A stretch of DNA of 64,000 nt. Origin: Carcharhinus longimanus. Its lineage: Eukaryota. The stretch's first letter is position 1; each line of letters begins with the position of its first letter. The DNA is taken from the NCBI GenBank assembly GCA_030264375.1, contig JASCQW010000072.1, forward strand, positions 32,094,552 to 32,158,551. Reading direction: 5' to 3'. A program made the translations under genes and the position numbers. A model generated the notes under the pieces. The model saw only the letters and a list, made by a program, of their open reading frames with translations, made no database searches and was not told where the DNA came from. Positions 13,061 through 26,112 of this stretch are shown here, piece after piece.

Positions 13061-13461
13061 ATATCCAAGCTGTACTGTTGGCAAGGTTTTCAAATAATTA
13101 CTCCTGAACTATCTGGTATAATCACCTAACAACATGCACAAAAGGTGTAATCCATTCAAAACGCTTTAAGAAACCTGTAAACAAATGTTTTTTTTAAATA
13201 AATCTTTCGAGATCTTAATTTGCATGCTGCACAGATATTTCAGTAACAATACCCTTCATTCCACCCATAGCATCATTCCCAACACTTGCAGCAGAGTTCA
13301 ATTCATTTTCAAGACACAGCTCACTATATAACACTAAACTAACACCCGCCCCAATTCCTCAAACCACAGAATCTCGGTTACATTTTATTTACCCGTGACT
13401 AGACTGATTTCCTTTTTTCAAAAAAAACCATTTAGCAGTGCATTCAGTGTAACAGCTTTAC

Positions 13462-13895
13462 CTGGAGCTGAAAGTGTGTGTGGGAAACACACAAAACCAA
13501 CAAGCCCCTGTTCCTCTAAACAGCGGCACGCGTGGACACAGTTCCCAACAAAATAAAGATGTCTTTCCAGAGTGCGGGGCCTGCTGTATTCCCAACCTTG
13601 CTGTAAAACATTCAAACCTCTCCCTCTGTCAGTCTCTCAGCCAGAGTCCAGCTGCTCTCTGCAAAGGTATAGCCTCCTACGGGCTCGCACTCTCCGGGCA
13701 ACGTTCCGAATGGATACACCGCCGCCCACACCCCGTTACAATTCCGCCCGGTAAATGCAACACAACACAAGCAGCACAGTGACTGCTCACTTCCGGGTCA
13801 CCCTCAAACCCCGGAGACAAAATAGCAGCAAGCTAATACCGCTCCTCCAGGCGTAACCATCATCAGCAACGCCGGCGTTCACTTGCACGCATCGG
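13462..13895 (-). promoter_or_regulatory. Probable BORCS5 promoter and non-coding first exon
   Basis: Non-repeat CpG-enriched patch in AT-rich DNA, ETS/GABP motif CCGGAAGTG (13788-13796, minus), GC-box-like GGGCGG. Candidate donors CAG|gtaaag (exon end 13462) and GAA|gtgagc (exon end 13791). Confidence 0.55.
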
Positions 13896-16224
13896 TTGCA
13901 AGCATTTGATTTCAGTGTGGACAGTGATAGCAATGAGCAGATCAACTGCCTGAGATGTTAGACCTCAGAATGAAAACTGAGATATGACCTCTCGGATCGT
14001 GAGCCCAGTCATTTACCAACATTACCCAATACCCTGGCCTGTTCCTACTTATTTCATTCTTTCCAACCAATATCTCACATTAAACCACAAATGCAAACAG
14101 GTGTCGACCAATGTCTTACAACCCCAAATTTATTTCAATTCACTTTCCAAAGAACACAATATTGAAACAGGACTAAATCACTTAACAGATGCACATATTC
14201 TACACGTTCAAAAAGATGAGGGAAAACTTTAAAAAGAATAATATTTGGATTAATTTTAGAAAAAATAGTTTTAAAGATTCACCAAGAGAACCAAACTGCA
14301 AAGTTTGGTTCTCCAGTTCCAGGGCGGTCAGAGATATCCAATGCCAGTTGTTACAAGGCTCCTATTGTGGACCAAAGGAAAGCTGAGCATGATTCACCCA
14401 TCCCTAGGGATGGACTCAATGGATTCACGTCAGCCCAGAGGAGAAAGACCACCAGCTGGCTGTGAAAGGGTATAAAAACTGCAGACTGTCTGTTGCCAGG
14501 AGGATATTATTTGAATATAAGCTGCTCCCAGGTACTGGACTGAATTCCAATTCTGTAAACATCAGTGGAGCAATTCTGAGTCAAGTATTAGAAATAATTT
14601 CTTAACCCTAAGCTAATGGGCTCTCTTTGCTCAGACATTTTTTGATTTTCGAACGTATTAATTCCCCGTCACAAAGGCCCATCCCTCTTCAGTTTCAATT
14701 ATCATCTCATTTCTATCCTCCTTTTTCTCTGAATTTCTTGAGTCTTACAACATTAAAGGTACTATAAAAATGCAAGTTGTTGTTGTAATGACCCAGTTCA
14801 CATTCCTTCAGTCCTGATAACATTGCTGAAGCTGCCCTGGCAAAATTCTCCAAATTCTGCAGCTGAAGCCATGATGCACCATGATCCAAGGTTTTTTTGA
14901 CATGATTAACCACAACATTCTCCACTTTTCCACTCTTACCTGTCCCAACATAGCCAGCACATCCCCAGGAAAGGTTTCTCTTTCTGTACAGTTATTTCTG
15001 TAGTGTCTCATGTTCTATCCCTGCCTCTCTCTTTGTCTACATGAGTCTCTCAGTCACACCATTTGCTGCACAGGCTAGCTTCCATATAACAAAAGATAGT
15101 GCTTCCAATGTCCAACAGACACCGCCATGATCATAACTCCTGACTGACAGAGTATTGATGAATGAAAATTCATTCCAACGAACATGAAAATGGAAACATA
15201 AACTCTAATTTCTTGTCCTATCACTTTCTGAGAATGATTCAGGCTAAGCAAAACCTCTGCCTCCTGTGCACCAGAAACCTGATTTACAAATCCAAATCCT
15301 ATCTTTAACAAGGAATATCTAATCCCACCTCCTTGCCTATCTCGTCCCACTGTTGCTGAAACCTTTACCCCTGCTTTTATCATTCAACTCAGTCTCACTA
15401 ATTTCCTTGCAAACTTCTCATCATGCTCTCTCCATAAACTTCATGTCAATCAAAACATAGCCACCCACTACATGATGATAGTGCTACTCCCAAACTGACT
15501 GAGCCAAGCTCACTCCTCATGGGAAACAGACACAATGAGCATTCAATGCTGCAACATTTGACTTAATCTGAGTTAAATGTGATCAATATTGTATTATCAT
15601 CTGTAAATTTGATTATATTGTATTACAATCAATGTAAAGAGGATTAGGGAAGGAACGCGAGAGCTTAGGGCCTTAGCAACTGAAGACGAAACAGCCACCA
15701 ATGGTGGAGCATTTAAAATCGAGGATATGCAAGAAGCTAGAATTAGAGGAGAGCAGATATCTTGAAGGTTTGCAGGGCTGGAGGAGATTACAGAGATAGA
15801 GGGGTGTTTTACAGTTTTAATCAGCCCAAGATTTCTTGTTCCAGCAAGAAATATAATGGAATTCTTAGTAAATAAATTGAGGCTTGAGCTGTGAATACCA
15901 AATGAACAATCAAAGGCAACTCACTGGTTTTGGGCTACGGAAATGTCAGGCAGCTGGGACACTGGTGGCAACTGGGACAGTGGGAGTAGCTGGAAGGAAC
16001 GGAAATATAAGGCAAGACTGAGTAGAATGAGCTCGGTATATTAAAATTTACCCCTTGCAGCAACTCTATCCTTCACTCTTCGTTAAATGTGAAAAAATAC
16101 AACATGATTTCCACCAATTGGTATTGATAGGCTTGTGTCTGTATTATTGACCATCTATATATCTTATAAATAATTCATATATATTATGTATAATTACTTT
16201 TTGGTGGATGAGGTGATACAGTTC

Positions 16225-16560
16225 TGAGGACTTTGAAAATGTCAGAGTGGAAGATGGTCCCATACCCAAGGATTTTCTGTCTGGTGACGCAGCTGGAGCA
16301 ATATGATCAGGGTGAGATATCCAGAACTCTGCTTTAAGGATGCTCATAAATGTAACATGAAGGCCCTATCAACTATCACCCAGTCAGTCATTGGCTGGCC
16401 ACACAGGAAAATGGTGACAATTCCTGTGGGCTGGCTGGCATGCATCACCAGTGACTAGGCAACACCGAAAACAACAACCTGCAATGACAATTGGTAGCTT
16501 CATGTTCAGCAATTGTGGCAGAGCCATCAGCAAGGTTGAAGACATCTAATCTGAAATGGA
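16225..16560 (+). mobile_element. RTE-type LINE C-terminal relic
   Basis: Reads VRVEDGPIPKDFLSG (compare RTE RMEDGRIPKDILYG) and later a CSNCGR-like Cys motif. Confidence 0.55.
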
Positions 16561-17354
16561 TTTATTTGCTGTGCGTCCATCATCTTTCGTAGATGGAAAA
16601 TTGCTGGAAATGAGTAAAATCAACGAGAACATTATAACAGTCTTGAATGGACTCTGTCATATTCCTCTCCTTATGATTTGTTCCCGTCTACAGTTTGCTC
16701 TCCTGATTGTAGGTACGGCTCACATTTGTGTTTTATGTAATACATTTTGACAACCAGCAGGTGGCACACCTCAGCCTGGAGTTGCACCAGTATTCCGTGA
16801 AAATCAGGTCTCCTCTCTGGGGATTTGGATTTGACTGTAGTTAATTCCTGAAAACGATTCTAAAGGGTTTTTTTTTCTCTCCCTGTGGTGTACTCTTGAA
16901 GCAAGCTAAAAATGGTTAAACTAGAAAACAATTCTCCAGCCTCAACAGAAAGCAAGTGAGCTTAATTAAAGATTTCTTTAGAATTTCTTTTGATTATTTT
17001 GTGTATTACTTTAATCCTGGGTTACCAATTTAACAACACACTTCTGCTCCAATGCAATAAAACAAGTACCAAGTTGTGTACTTTGCTTTGGGTACCATAG
17101 TGTAGAGCTTGTGTAATTGGAATACTGATCCAAAAATCTAGACTAATGAGTTCAAATCCCACCACGGCATTTTGAGAATTTGAATTCAAGTCAAAAGATA
17201 ATGCAGTGCCACACCAACATAGTTGAAAGGTAATTGCGTTAGCCACCTGTATCAAACCAGTACAGTGCACTGTTATAGTTTGAGAAGAAAGCCCACTACC
17301 ACCACCTTCTCAGGATAACTAGACTTGGGCAATAAATTCCTGCCTTGCCATATC

Positions 17355-17591
17355 ATAGAAAACATAGAAACATTGAAAAACTACTGCACAAACAGGCCCT
17401 TCGCCAAACATATCCCTACCTACTAAGCTTACCTATAACCCTCTATCTTACTAAGTCCCGTATACTTATCCAAAAGTCTCTTAAAAGACCCTAACGAATC
17501 CACCTCCACCACCACTGCCAGCAGCCGAGTCCACACACCCACCACCCTCTGAGTGAAAAACGTACCCCTGACATCTCCTCCGTGCCTAGTC
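17355..17591 (-). mobile_element. CR1-type LINE 3' end
   Basis: GDVRGTFFTQRVVGVWTRLLAVVVEVDSLGSFKRLLDKY, the CR1 ORF2 C-terminus; catagaaa tail repeats. Confidence 0.85.
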
Positions 17592-18480
17592 NNNNNNNNN
17601 NNNNNNNNNNNNNNNNNNNNNNNNNNNNNNNNNNNNNNNNNNNNNNNNNNNNNNNNNNNNNNNNNNNNNNNNNNNNNNNNNNNNNNNNNNNNNNNNNNNN
17701 NNNNNNNNNNNNNNNNNNNNNNNNNNNNNNNNNNNNNNNNNNNNNNNNNNNNNNNNNNNNNNNNNNNNNNNNNNNNNNNNNNNNNNNNNNNNNNNNNNNN
17801 NNNNNNNNNNNNNNNNNNNNNNNNNNNNNNNNNNNNNNNNNNNNNNNNNNNNNNNNNNNNNNNNNNNNNNNNNNNNNNNNNNNNNNNNNNNNNNNNNNNN
17901 NNNNNNNNNNNNNNNNNNNNNNNNNNNNNNNNNNNNNNNNNNNNNNNNNNNNNNNNNNNNNNNNNNNNNNNNNNNNNNNNNNNNNNNNNNNNNNNNNNNN
18001 NNNNNNNNNNNNNNNNNNNNNNNNNNNNNNNNNNNNNNNNNNNNNNNNNNNNNNNNNNNNNNNNNNNNNNNNNNNNNNNNNNNNNNNNNNNNNNNNNNNN
18101 NNNNNNNNNNNNNNNNNNNNNNNNNNNNNNNNNNNNNNNNNNNNNNNNNNNNNNNNNNNNNNNNNNNNNNNNNNNNNNNNNNNNNNNNNNNNNNNNNNNN
18201 NNNNNNNNNNNNNNNNNNNNNNNNNNNNNNNNNNNNNNNNNNNNNNNNNNNNNNNNNNNNNNNNNNNNNNNNNNNNNNNNNNNNNNNNNNNNNNNNNNNN
18301 NNNNNNNNNNNNNNNNNNNNNNNNNNNNNNNNNNNNNNNNNNNNNNNNNNNNNNNNNNNNNNNNNNNNNNNNNNNNNNNNNNNNNNNNNNNNNNNNNNNN
18401 NNNNNNNNNNNNNNNNNNNNNNNNNNNNNNNNNNNNNNNNNNNNNNNNNNNNNNNNNNNNNNNNNNNNNNNNNNNNNNNN

Positions 18481-18593
18481 CGAGGCCAGAACTCTCCATT
18501 CACCTGACGAAGAGGGAGTCCCCTCGAAAGCTTGTGAGTTTACTATCAAATAAATCGATTGGACTAAAACCTGGCGTTGTCAGACTCTTTACT
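18481..18593 (+). mobile_element. Penelope pLTR end emerging from a gap
   Basis: Same family as 1-66 and 7570-7673; contains the hammerhead core. Confidence 0.8.
18498..18539 (+). ncRNA. Minimal type I hammerhead ribozyme motif in Penelope pLTR (intact core)
   Basis: ATTCAC CTGACGA a GAGGG agtc CCCTC GAAA gc TT GTGAGT: stem I, 5-bp stem II, palindromic AAGCTT stem III. Confidence 0.8.
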
Positions 18594-18799
18594 CAGGATC
18601 TTCTGAGAGGGAATTGAAAAAACCTTACTTCCATGTTCCCAAACTGTGTGACCAGTAATGTCTTGATTTTAACATTCTCATCTTTATTTCCAAATCCCTC
18701 CATGGGTCTTTACTGCAGTCTCCTCCAACCTCTGAGTTCTGTGACCCCACAAGCCTGACCTCTTGTGTATTCCTCATTGTCATTACTCCACCATGGAAA

Positions 18800-19160
18800 A
18801 GGAAACTTGCACTATGCAGTGCCTTTCACAATGTCAGGACATCTCAAAGTGCTGAGAGTTAATGGAGTACTTTTTGAAGTATAATCACAATTAATGTTCA
18901 GAGAAGGCAACAACAAATTTGTACATAGCAAACTCCCAAACAAAACCAGCAATGACCAGTTAAAATGTCCTTTGAAATATTGACAAAGGGATTAATAGGT
19001 GTGGACACTGAGCATTACTCCACTGCCCTTCTTTGAAATAGTGTCATGGAATCTCCCCCAAAGACTTGGTTTAAAGCCTTATTCAAAAGACAGAATTTCT
19101 GACAAAGCAGCATTTTCTCAATACTGCACTGGAGTTTCATTGGTGATCTGCTCTCAGGCC
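18800..19160 (-). mobile_element. Deu-domain SINE, older copy
   Basis: Collinear with 37100-37450. Confidence 0.6.
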
Positions 19161-19740
19161 TACCTCCTAAGTTCTGAAATTATTTAAAGTTTATTAGTCA
19201 CAAATATTGACAAAGTAAGGCTTATGCTAACACTACAATGAAATTACTGTGAAATTCCCCTGGGTGCCACACTCTGGCACCTGTTTGGGTCAATGCACCT
19301 AACCAGCACATCTTTCAAACTGTGGGAGGAAACCAGAGCACCAGGAGGAAACGCACACAGACAATAACCCAAGCTAGGAATCGAACCTGGATCCCTTGTG
19401 CTGTGAATTATTTGCCAAACCTGGACTTTCTGTCTCTCTCTACTTTAACTCACTTCTTAAAACCTACCTTTTTGACCAAGCTTTTGGTCATCTGTACTAA
19501 TATCTTATGCGACCCGGTGCCAAAACAAGTTTGAAAACACTCCTTTACAGTACCTTGGGTTATAAATGTGAAATGTTGTTTTTTGTATGATGATATGCCA
19601 AGATTTACCATGCTCACCACTGAACTGCACCATTGGCCATGAAGTCTAAACAAAACTGAATTTTTAGCTGCAAAGACACAATAATGCTTTCTTTTTCCCT
19701 CCAATTTATTTCATTGATCAATTGTGGTATTTATTGACAC

Positions 19741-19938
19741 AAAAACAGAAAATGCTGGAAAATCTCAGCAGGTCTGACAGCATCTGTGGAGGGAGAATAG
19801 CCAACGCTTTGAGTCAGCTGATGAAGGGACATCCAGACTCAAACATCTGAAGGCCAGATGCTGTCAGTCCTGCTGAGATTTTCCAGCATTTTCTGTTTTT
19901 GTTCCAGATTCTAGTAATCAGCAGTATTTCACTTTTAT
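19741..19938. mobile_element. Inverted-repeat element of a second Penelope-like family with decayed hammerhead core
   Basis: Arms 19741-19786 and 19856-19901 are reverse complements; CTGATGA at 19818. Related relics at ~8480-8590, 25381-25520 and 30890-30985. Confidence 0.6.
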
Positions 19939-20118
19939 CTTGGTGGTATTTATTGATGTAACTAACCCATTCATACTGTGAATTGGAAAGAACAGTGACA
20001 AGAAACAAAATACAAAGCTCGAGGAGAAGCNNNNNNNNNNTGCCATGATTACAAAGTACTACAATGGTTTGCCATTGCCTTCTGTGATATGGCTGACCAG
20101 GCAACTCTCCCGCTCTTG

Positions 20119-20449
20119 GACGGCTCGGTGGCACAATGGTTAGCACTGCTGCCTCACAGCACCGGGGACCCGGGTTTGATTCCCGATTTGGGTTGCTGTC
20201 TATGTAGAGTTTTCACGTTCTCTCTCTGTCTGTGTGGGTTTCTTCCAGGTGCTCCGGTTTCCTCCCACAGTCCAAAGATGTGCGGGTGAGGTGGATTGGC
20301 CAAGCTAAATTGTCCCTTAGTGTCAGGGGGACTAGCAGGGGTAAATGAATGGGATTATGGGGATAGGGCCTGGTGGGATTGTGACCGGTGCAGACTCGAT
20401 GGGCCAAGTGGCCTCCTTTTGCTCTTCAGGATTCTATGATTCAATGATT
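20119..20449 (+). mobile_element. HE1-like tRNA-derived SINE, full length
   Basis: ggtggcacaatggttagcactgctgcctcacagc...gggtttgattccc head, core gctccggtttcctcccacagtccaaagatgtgc, CR1-like ctatgatt tail. Confidence 0.88.
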
Positions 20450-23400
20450 TACTTCTTGTCATTGGACATATATACAAAACGTGAAGCTGGATTGTAGATA
20501 CGCTGCCTTAAGTGAATTATCTAGTAAAATATGTTTCTTTAAACAAATTGAAGAAAATATTAAAGACTGTTAAATTGTACACCTTAGTTTCCTACGCTGT
20601 GAGTCTATAGTTAGAAGTCCCGAATAAGATATTTTAACCAACATCTGTTATAGCCCTGAGTAGTAAATAATTAAGCTTTCCATATGCTCTCAAACTATAA
20701 CTGAATACTGAGCGCAATCTTTTAAGCCTTGTCCTTAATTAGAAAGAAAATCATTTTGAAATAGCTACCACAGAAACCATCAACATTCTGATCTCCTTTG
20801 AAATTAGTATTTTTAGTTCCTGGAGAAAAATCTGTAAGAATTTAAAGGAACAAATCAAAGTATATCTGAAGACCAAAATCACCAGTAGGTATAAACCACT
20901 TAAGAAAATGGTGAACCATTAGAGAAAATGGCATGTTTACAGAAGATGCTGAATTATATGATAATAATTTTAATCTATGAGCGTGATCAACTTTGTTAAC
21001 TCATTGGTGACCAAGTGAGAGTTAACCTCAAGCAGAATTTCAATCAGTGCATAATTTAATTCATTGGACAGAAAGTCAAGCTTGTATTGTCATTTATGAT
21101 AATCATCTTTTAGTGAGTATCAAATTATCCTCAGTGTTGAAGACAGAGGTAAGGCAGACTTTAATAAATCAGTGCCTTATGCTACACACTGATAAAAGTA
21201 CATACATTTTAATGAGCACAATGTGGTAACCAAAAAGATTTCCTGTAGATGTTTTTACAGGAGCTTACTTCTTTGCGCCCCTATTAGATAAAATACTGTT
21301 TTGTTGGAATGGGCAGCATGCATAGATGCTGTTTAACAACAAGCTCAATTGGATTTATAAGACACCTTCAGTGCAGAAAAACTCCTCACATGCCTCATAG
21401 AAGTTGTACACAAAGAATGGATAGCAAGCTGACAAAGGAGATGTTGACAGGAATGATCAAAAGTTTGGTCAAAGAATTGGGTTAAACAATAGAAGCGGGG
21501 TTAAGGAAGAGCATTCCTGAGCTTAGGGCCGATGGTGAAAGTAATATCTGGAGCTATTTGTTTGATCACCCTTTTACTGGGAGCTTTTGTTGACTTGCAC
21601 TTTTTAAAATATGTCGTAGTGGATTCCATTCTTTTGCTAGCTTCCAAACCCATTAATTTGTGACTCACTTAAAAAAACATATGAATCTTTCACCAAGCAG
21701 GTGCACATACAACATGTTTACATCTGGAAATGTGATAGATGAAACCCATGTGAGATACAACATAGATACATGACAATATGATCAGAGCCCGTTGTGCAGC
21801 TAAACAAACACAATTAAATGACTAAACTGGCCAAAATAACAAGAAGCAGCATGAACAAAATCTTCGGACACAAGTTTGTCTTCCTTGACTGGAAAGACCA
21901 ATGAAAGGCTGAAGAGCTAACTGTTAGTACAAACCGTCTCAGGCTTTTTTTTGTTGATGGTCATTTGTAGTTCTCCATCTGTCCACACTTACTCTTAAAA
22001 CATATAATTCTGGAAACAACATGAGAATCCCCTGTATTGGGGAGAAGGCTCATACCACTCTTGGATGATATGGCTTTAGTTTAGTCAGCTAAACCGGATG
22101 AGATTGTTAAAGTGGAGTGCTAGTTAATGCACAATGTTGGCAGCTGCTATCAATATTATTGGACAAAAGTTTTTGTAGTTCAGATATCATTTTCATAATT
22201 TTAGCTCCATCCAATCAGTGACACGCTAATGTAGCATCAAGAAAGGAGAATGTATTATAGGTGCAATTAAAATAGGAGGCTTTACCTAAAAAATCTTCAA
22301 AATATGTTAAATAATCTCAATTAAGTTTTCTACCCTGTACGCTATCAGGTGAAATTGCTAATTTTTGGACTGAGTGAGAAGAATTATAACTTGTGCTTTC
22401 AAGCCAGTTTCTCTAAATACATTCAAATTAAACTGAATAAAACTATTTAGAGTCCAAAAATCAAACTCAGTGAAAACTGAACCTTACAGTCATTGTAATT
22501 TATAGTGGATTAGATAGATTGGTCATGCTAAATTGACCCTTAGTGTCAAGGGGACTAGCTAGAACAAATGAATGGGGTTATGGGGATAGGGCTTGGATGG
22601 GACTGTGGTTGGTACAGACTCGATAGGCTCAATGGCCTCCTTCTGCACTGTACAGTTCTATGATTCTATGATCCAGTTGGCTGCCTTTGTGGATGAAAAT
22701 ACAGCATTAAGTACATCAAGCCCGGGGTACAACTGTTCTCTTGTCGATACCTTCTTGAAGGAACTTCTTCAAGTGCTTGATCTGATTACCCTCAGGACAC
22801 AGAATTGTGAAGCAAGATCTGAAATGTGGCAGCGGAAGTATTTGGGGGGATGGCGGGGTAGGGGGGGTGGGGTGGGGTGGGTTGTGGGCAGGGGGAGGTG
22901 TTGTTCATGGAGTTAATATTCGCAAAAAACATTTAATTTTCAATACGAGACACTGTATTTGAAAGTTAGTTCATGCTTAAAACCTGCAGATTCTACTCAA
23001 ATGAATTGCAAAGCCAAATGTTCTCAAATATTTCTTTACCTGACCTGAATTCAACAAGTAGGATTGCACCCTTCTCAAACTACATCCGACAGATGTTTCC
23101 AGTTTGTTTTGCAAAGCATGGCTGGGAAAGAAAGGCATTTCCAGAATTCACTGCAAAAAAAATCTCAGCTGAAGTGAAAAGTAATGATTGCTGAATAATC
23201 ATGGTACTGTCCTGTCACACAAAATTCAATTTTTGTGTTTTCATATTTGATTTTCATTTTAGTTGGCAAAATGAAAACTAAGGATTGAATACTAACATCA
23301 ACCAATCCTGCAAGACAAATTCTTTAAAAGTTGCAAGTACCAAGAGGGTCATGCTGTGAAAGACATAACAGTGCAGCTGTGTTGTTGCATGGCTGTTAAT

Positions 23401-24115
23401 GTAATCAGGAGACTGACAAATTAATACCAGAGGGCAAAGCTTAAGCAGTATGTCTAATTATCATCTCGCTACAGCCCAGAATGCATGCCAATAGAAAGGA
23501 TATTTTAAGGGCAATGTAAAAAAAACCATACAATTTCCTGTCTTACAGGCAGTTACAGAACTGGAATTATTGCATCCTGTGTTGTCTGGCACAGCAGTTG
23601 TTGCTATGTGTAAAACAGGTGGTTTTACTGCAACATTTCTGAGGAGAGGTCTTGTTTATGTTGCTTCGTCATCATGGTAATCATTGTAGGACACCAACTT
23701 ATGACATAGATTTTATACATTTTCACATTTGCAGATGTGTGTTTGTGCAGTGTGTTAGGTTAGCTGGAGCAGTAGTTGTAGGTCCACTACTCTGACACCT
23801 CTAGAATGATGATTTCTCATTTTAACAATGGTACCATGGAAGGTGGTACCTATTTTGTTGTGGGCAGGAGGGGACTTAATTTAAAGAGTCCTGATTTCTC
23901 TTCTCACCACCCCTGTGTATAAATAGAAAGGCTTTTGATTTCTCCCTTTATTAGCATAATTCCCAACCCCATGGTTTTGGTGTGATCCAATTTCTATTAC
24001 TAACCCCATAGAAAATTCAAGATATTGTAAACCCAGAAGGTTATTTGCACAAATTCAAAATGTGTGGTGGGTGGGGCGGGGTTATATGTAGCCCACCGCT
24101 CCCCCCACCACCCCG

Positions 24116-24171
24116 TGCATTCATGCAATAAAAGAGGGACCCCACCATGCATTCATGCAATAAAAGAGGGA
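24116..24171 (+). repeat. Direct duplication, period 32 nt
   Basis: tgcattcatgcaataaaagaggga at 24116-24139 and 24148-24171. Confidence 0.85.
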
Positions 24172-24399
24172 TAGAAAAAGGAAGATTTACCGGGCAAAGC
24201 TTACAAAGAAACATTGTTTCACATGAGTCCAGATTCGCAAATCAAAGTCCAATGGTGTATCCTTTCACTCTGGTCAGCAGGTTGAAAATTGATGCTGGAT
24301 AATTCACTTTTCCAGTAGAGATGACTTCAAAGGTGAGATAGGCAGGCATGCAGAGATGAATCAATCTTGTAGGCAATAGTACTCAAGGTTGACTATTTC

Positions 24400-24870
24400 C
24401 AGTCGAAACAGAGCAAATGGCATCAGGATTTCAAACCTGGATAGAGTCCCCTTTCCATGTGCCTGTTTCTTAGATGGAAAGATGGCATACTGAGCTTTGC
24501 AGTACGGCAAGGCAGTATAACTGGCTCTCCCAGTTAGAGGTTCATGTCACATCTCTCCCATCTCTCTTTACCACCTGTGACAAAAGACATATATTTTTCA
24601 TCTGGGTCCCAAGGTGGTTAAATGTTCCAGCCATTAGGAATTGAAGGAAGGTTGCAAGTTTCTTTGTTCTCGCAGATTAATAGGCTCCATTTGGAGAGCC
24701 TGGGTTGTGAAACATAAATGACCTTTGTATAATTCTATTTGAATTTCATCTCTCAAGCCCATGGGGATAATAAGAGTTTCTTCAGAGATAACGAGGAACA
24801 AATTTCCCTCATACTGCCAGATTTTGCCTGTTGCTCGAAGGTCATAGATAGACACAGCTTCAGCCATTTT
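24400..24870 (-). mobile_element. Degenerate Gypsy-type LTR retrotransposon integrase relic
   Basis: IWQYEGNLFLVISEETLIIPMGLRDEIQIELYKGHL resembles the Gypsy integrase zinc-binding region (..LVIP..LR.EIL..IH.GHLG); internally deleted, with stops. Confidence 0.45.
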
Positions 24871-25779
24871 AAAAGATCATTGTCTAATGTTAAAATTTTA
24901 TAAGTCAGCTATAATATAAATATATGTAATAAAAATATATTGTGAGGTTTTAACCCCAATTTATCATAGTAAATGTTTTATATAGAGACAGTGTTGCATC
25001 ACAAGATCAGATGTTTGACTAACTAATTTAAGTAAGTCTACACAAGTTTTAAAAGGATTACATATATTTGTATGGATGATTAGAAACACCAAGTAAGGGC
25101 TAGCTAGGCTTTCTGTAGGTCATTGAATTATTTTATAAACATCACGAAGCAGTGAATAATCTGGTTCACACCACTGGAGACATGACTGAACACTACTTAG
25201 AATAACATTATCTACAGCACGGAAACAAACAAGTCAGCTAAATTAAGCCAATCACTTAACAGTGGGAAAAGGTTTAGAGATGATAACCTGGAAGAAAATT
25301 AAAGCACGTGGACAACTATGGTTTAATTAGGGAAACCCAGCATCAATTTGTTGAAAGAAGGTTGTGTTTATAAACTAACACAAAAGCAGAATACTGCAGA
25401 CGCTGGAAATCTGCAATAAAAACATAAAATGCTGTAAGTGGTCAGCAGATCAAAACAGGACTCTTTCCCTCCATAAATGTTACCTGACCTGCTGAGCATT
25501 TACAGTGGTTGTTTTTGTTTTAATTTCATGTTCGATGAATCTGAGGTGACAAAGATGGGTTGATGAGGGTGATGCAGGTTATGTGGTGTATAAAGACTTC
25601 CAAAGTATGTTTGATAAAGTGCTATATGATAGACTTGCCAGCAAAGCTGAAGCCCATAGTATATATGGAAAAGTGGATACCATTTTCCATTTAAGGCTGA
25701 ACCAGACTTGAAAGTTTATCATAACTTCCTTGCTTTTGTACTCTATTTATAAAGCCTCGTATCCTGTATATTTTAACAG

Positions 25780-26112
25780 GAGCAGTTGGATAAACTTGGA
25801 TTGTTTTCAGTGGAAAGACAGAGGATGAGGGGCGACCTGATAGAAGTCAACAAAATTGTGGATAGTGGATAGTCAGAGGCATTTTTCCCAGGGTGGAAGG
25901 GTCGATCACAAGGAGACACAGGTTTAATGTGAGAGGTGGTAAGTTTAGGGGAGACGTGCAGGGAAAGCTTTTCTGACCTAGAGTGGTGGAAGCAGAGACG
26001 TTAGCAACATTCAAGGTGTATCTTGATTCACACATGAATGGGACACAGAGGGATAGAATCTGTGTATTGGTGCAGACTCGGTGGGCTAAAGGGCCTGTTC
26101 CTATGCTGTATT
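25780..26112 (+). mobile_element. CR1 LINE 3' fragment
   Basis: RMRGDLIEV-like and ETLATFKVYLDSHM C-terminal motifs; ends gggcctgttcctatgctgtat. Confidence 0.75.

Noticed and set aside
17429-18617. Long 300-356 aa ORFs, and similar ones at 1781-2552, 9590-10220 and 52673-52962
   Set aside because: They are open only because they cross N gaps; the flanks are CR1, Penelope or Rex1 sequence.
20119-20190. tRNA gene-like A/B boxes here and at 42313, 10900 and 27345
   Set aside because: They are SINE heads followed by SINE bodies, not complete tRNA cloverleaves.
23525-23720. Possible MANSC1 or other plus-strand exon after a cag acceptor
   Set aside because: All three frames stop quickly, with no MANSC cysteine pattern or C-terminal RYSRLDYLING-like motif.
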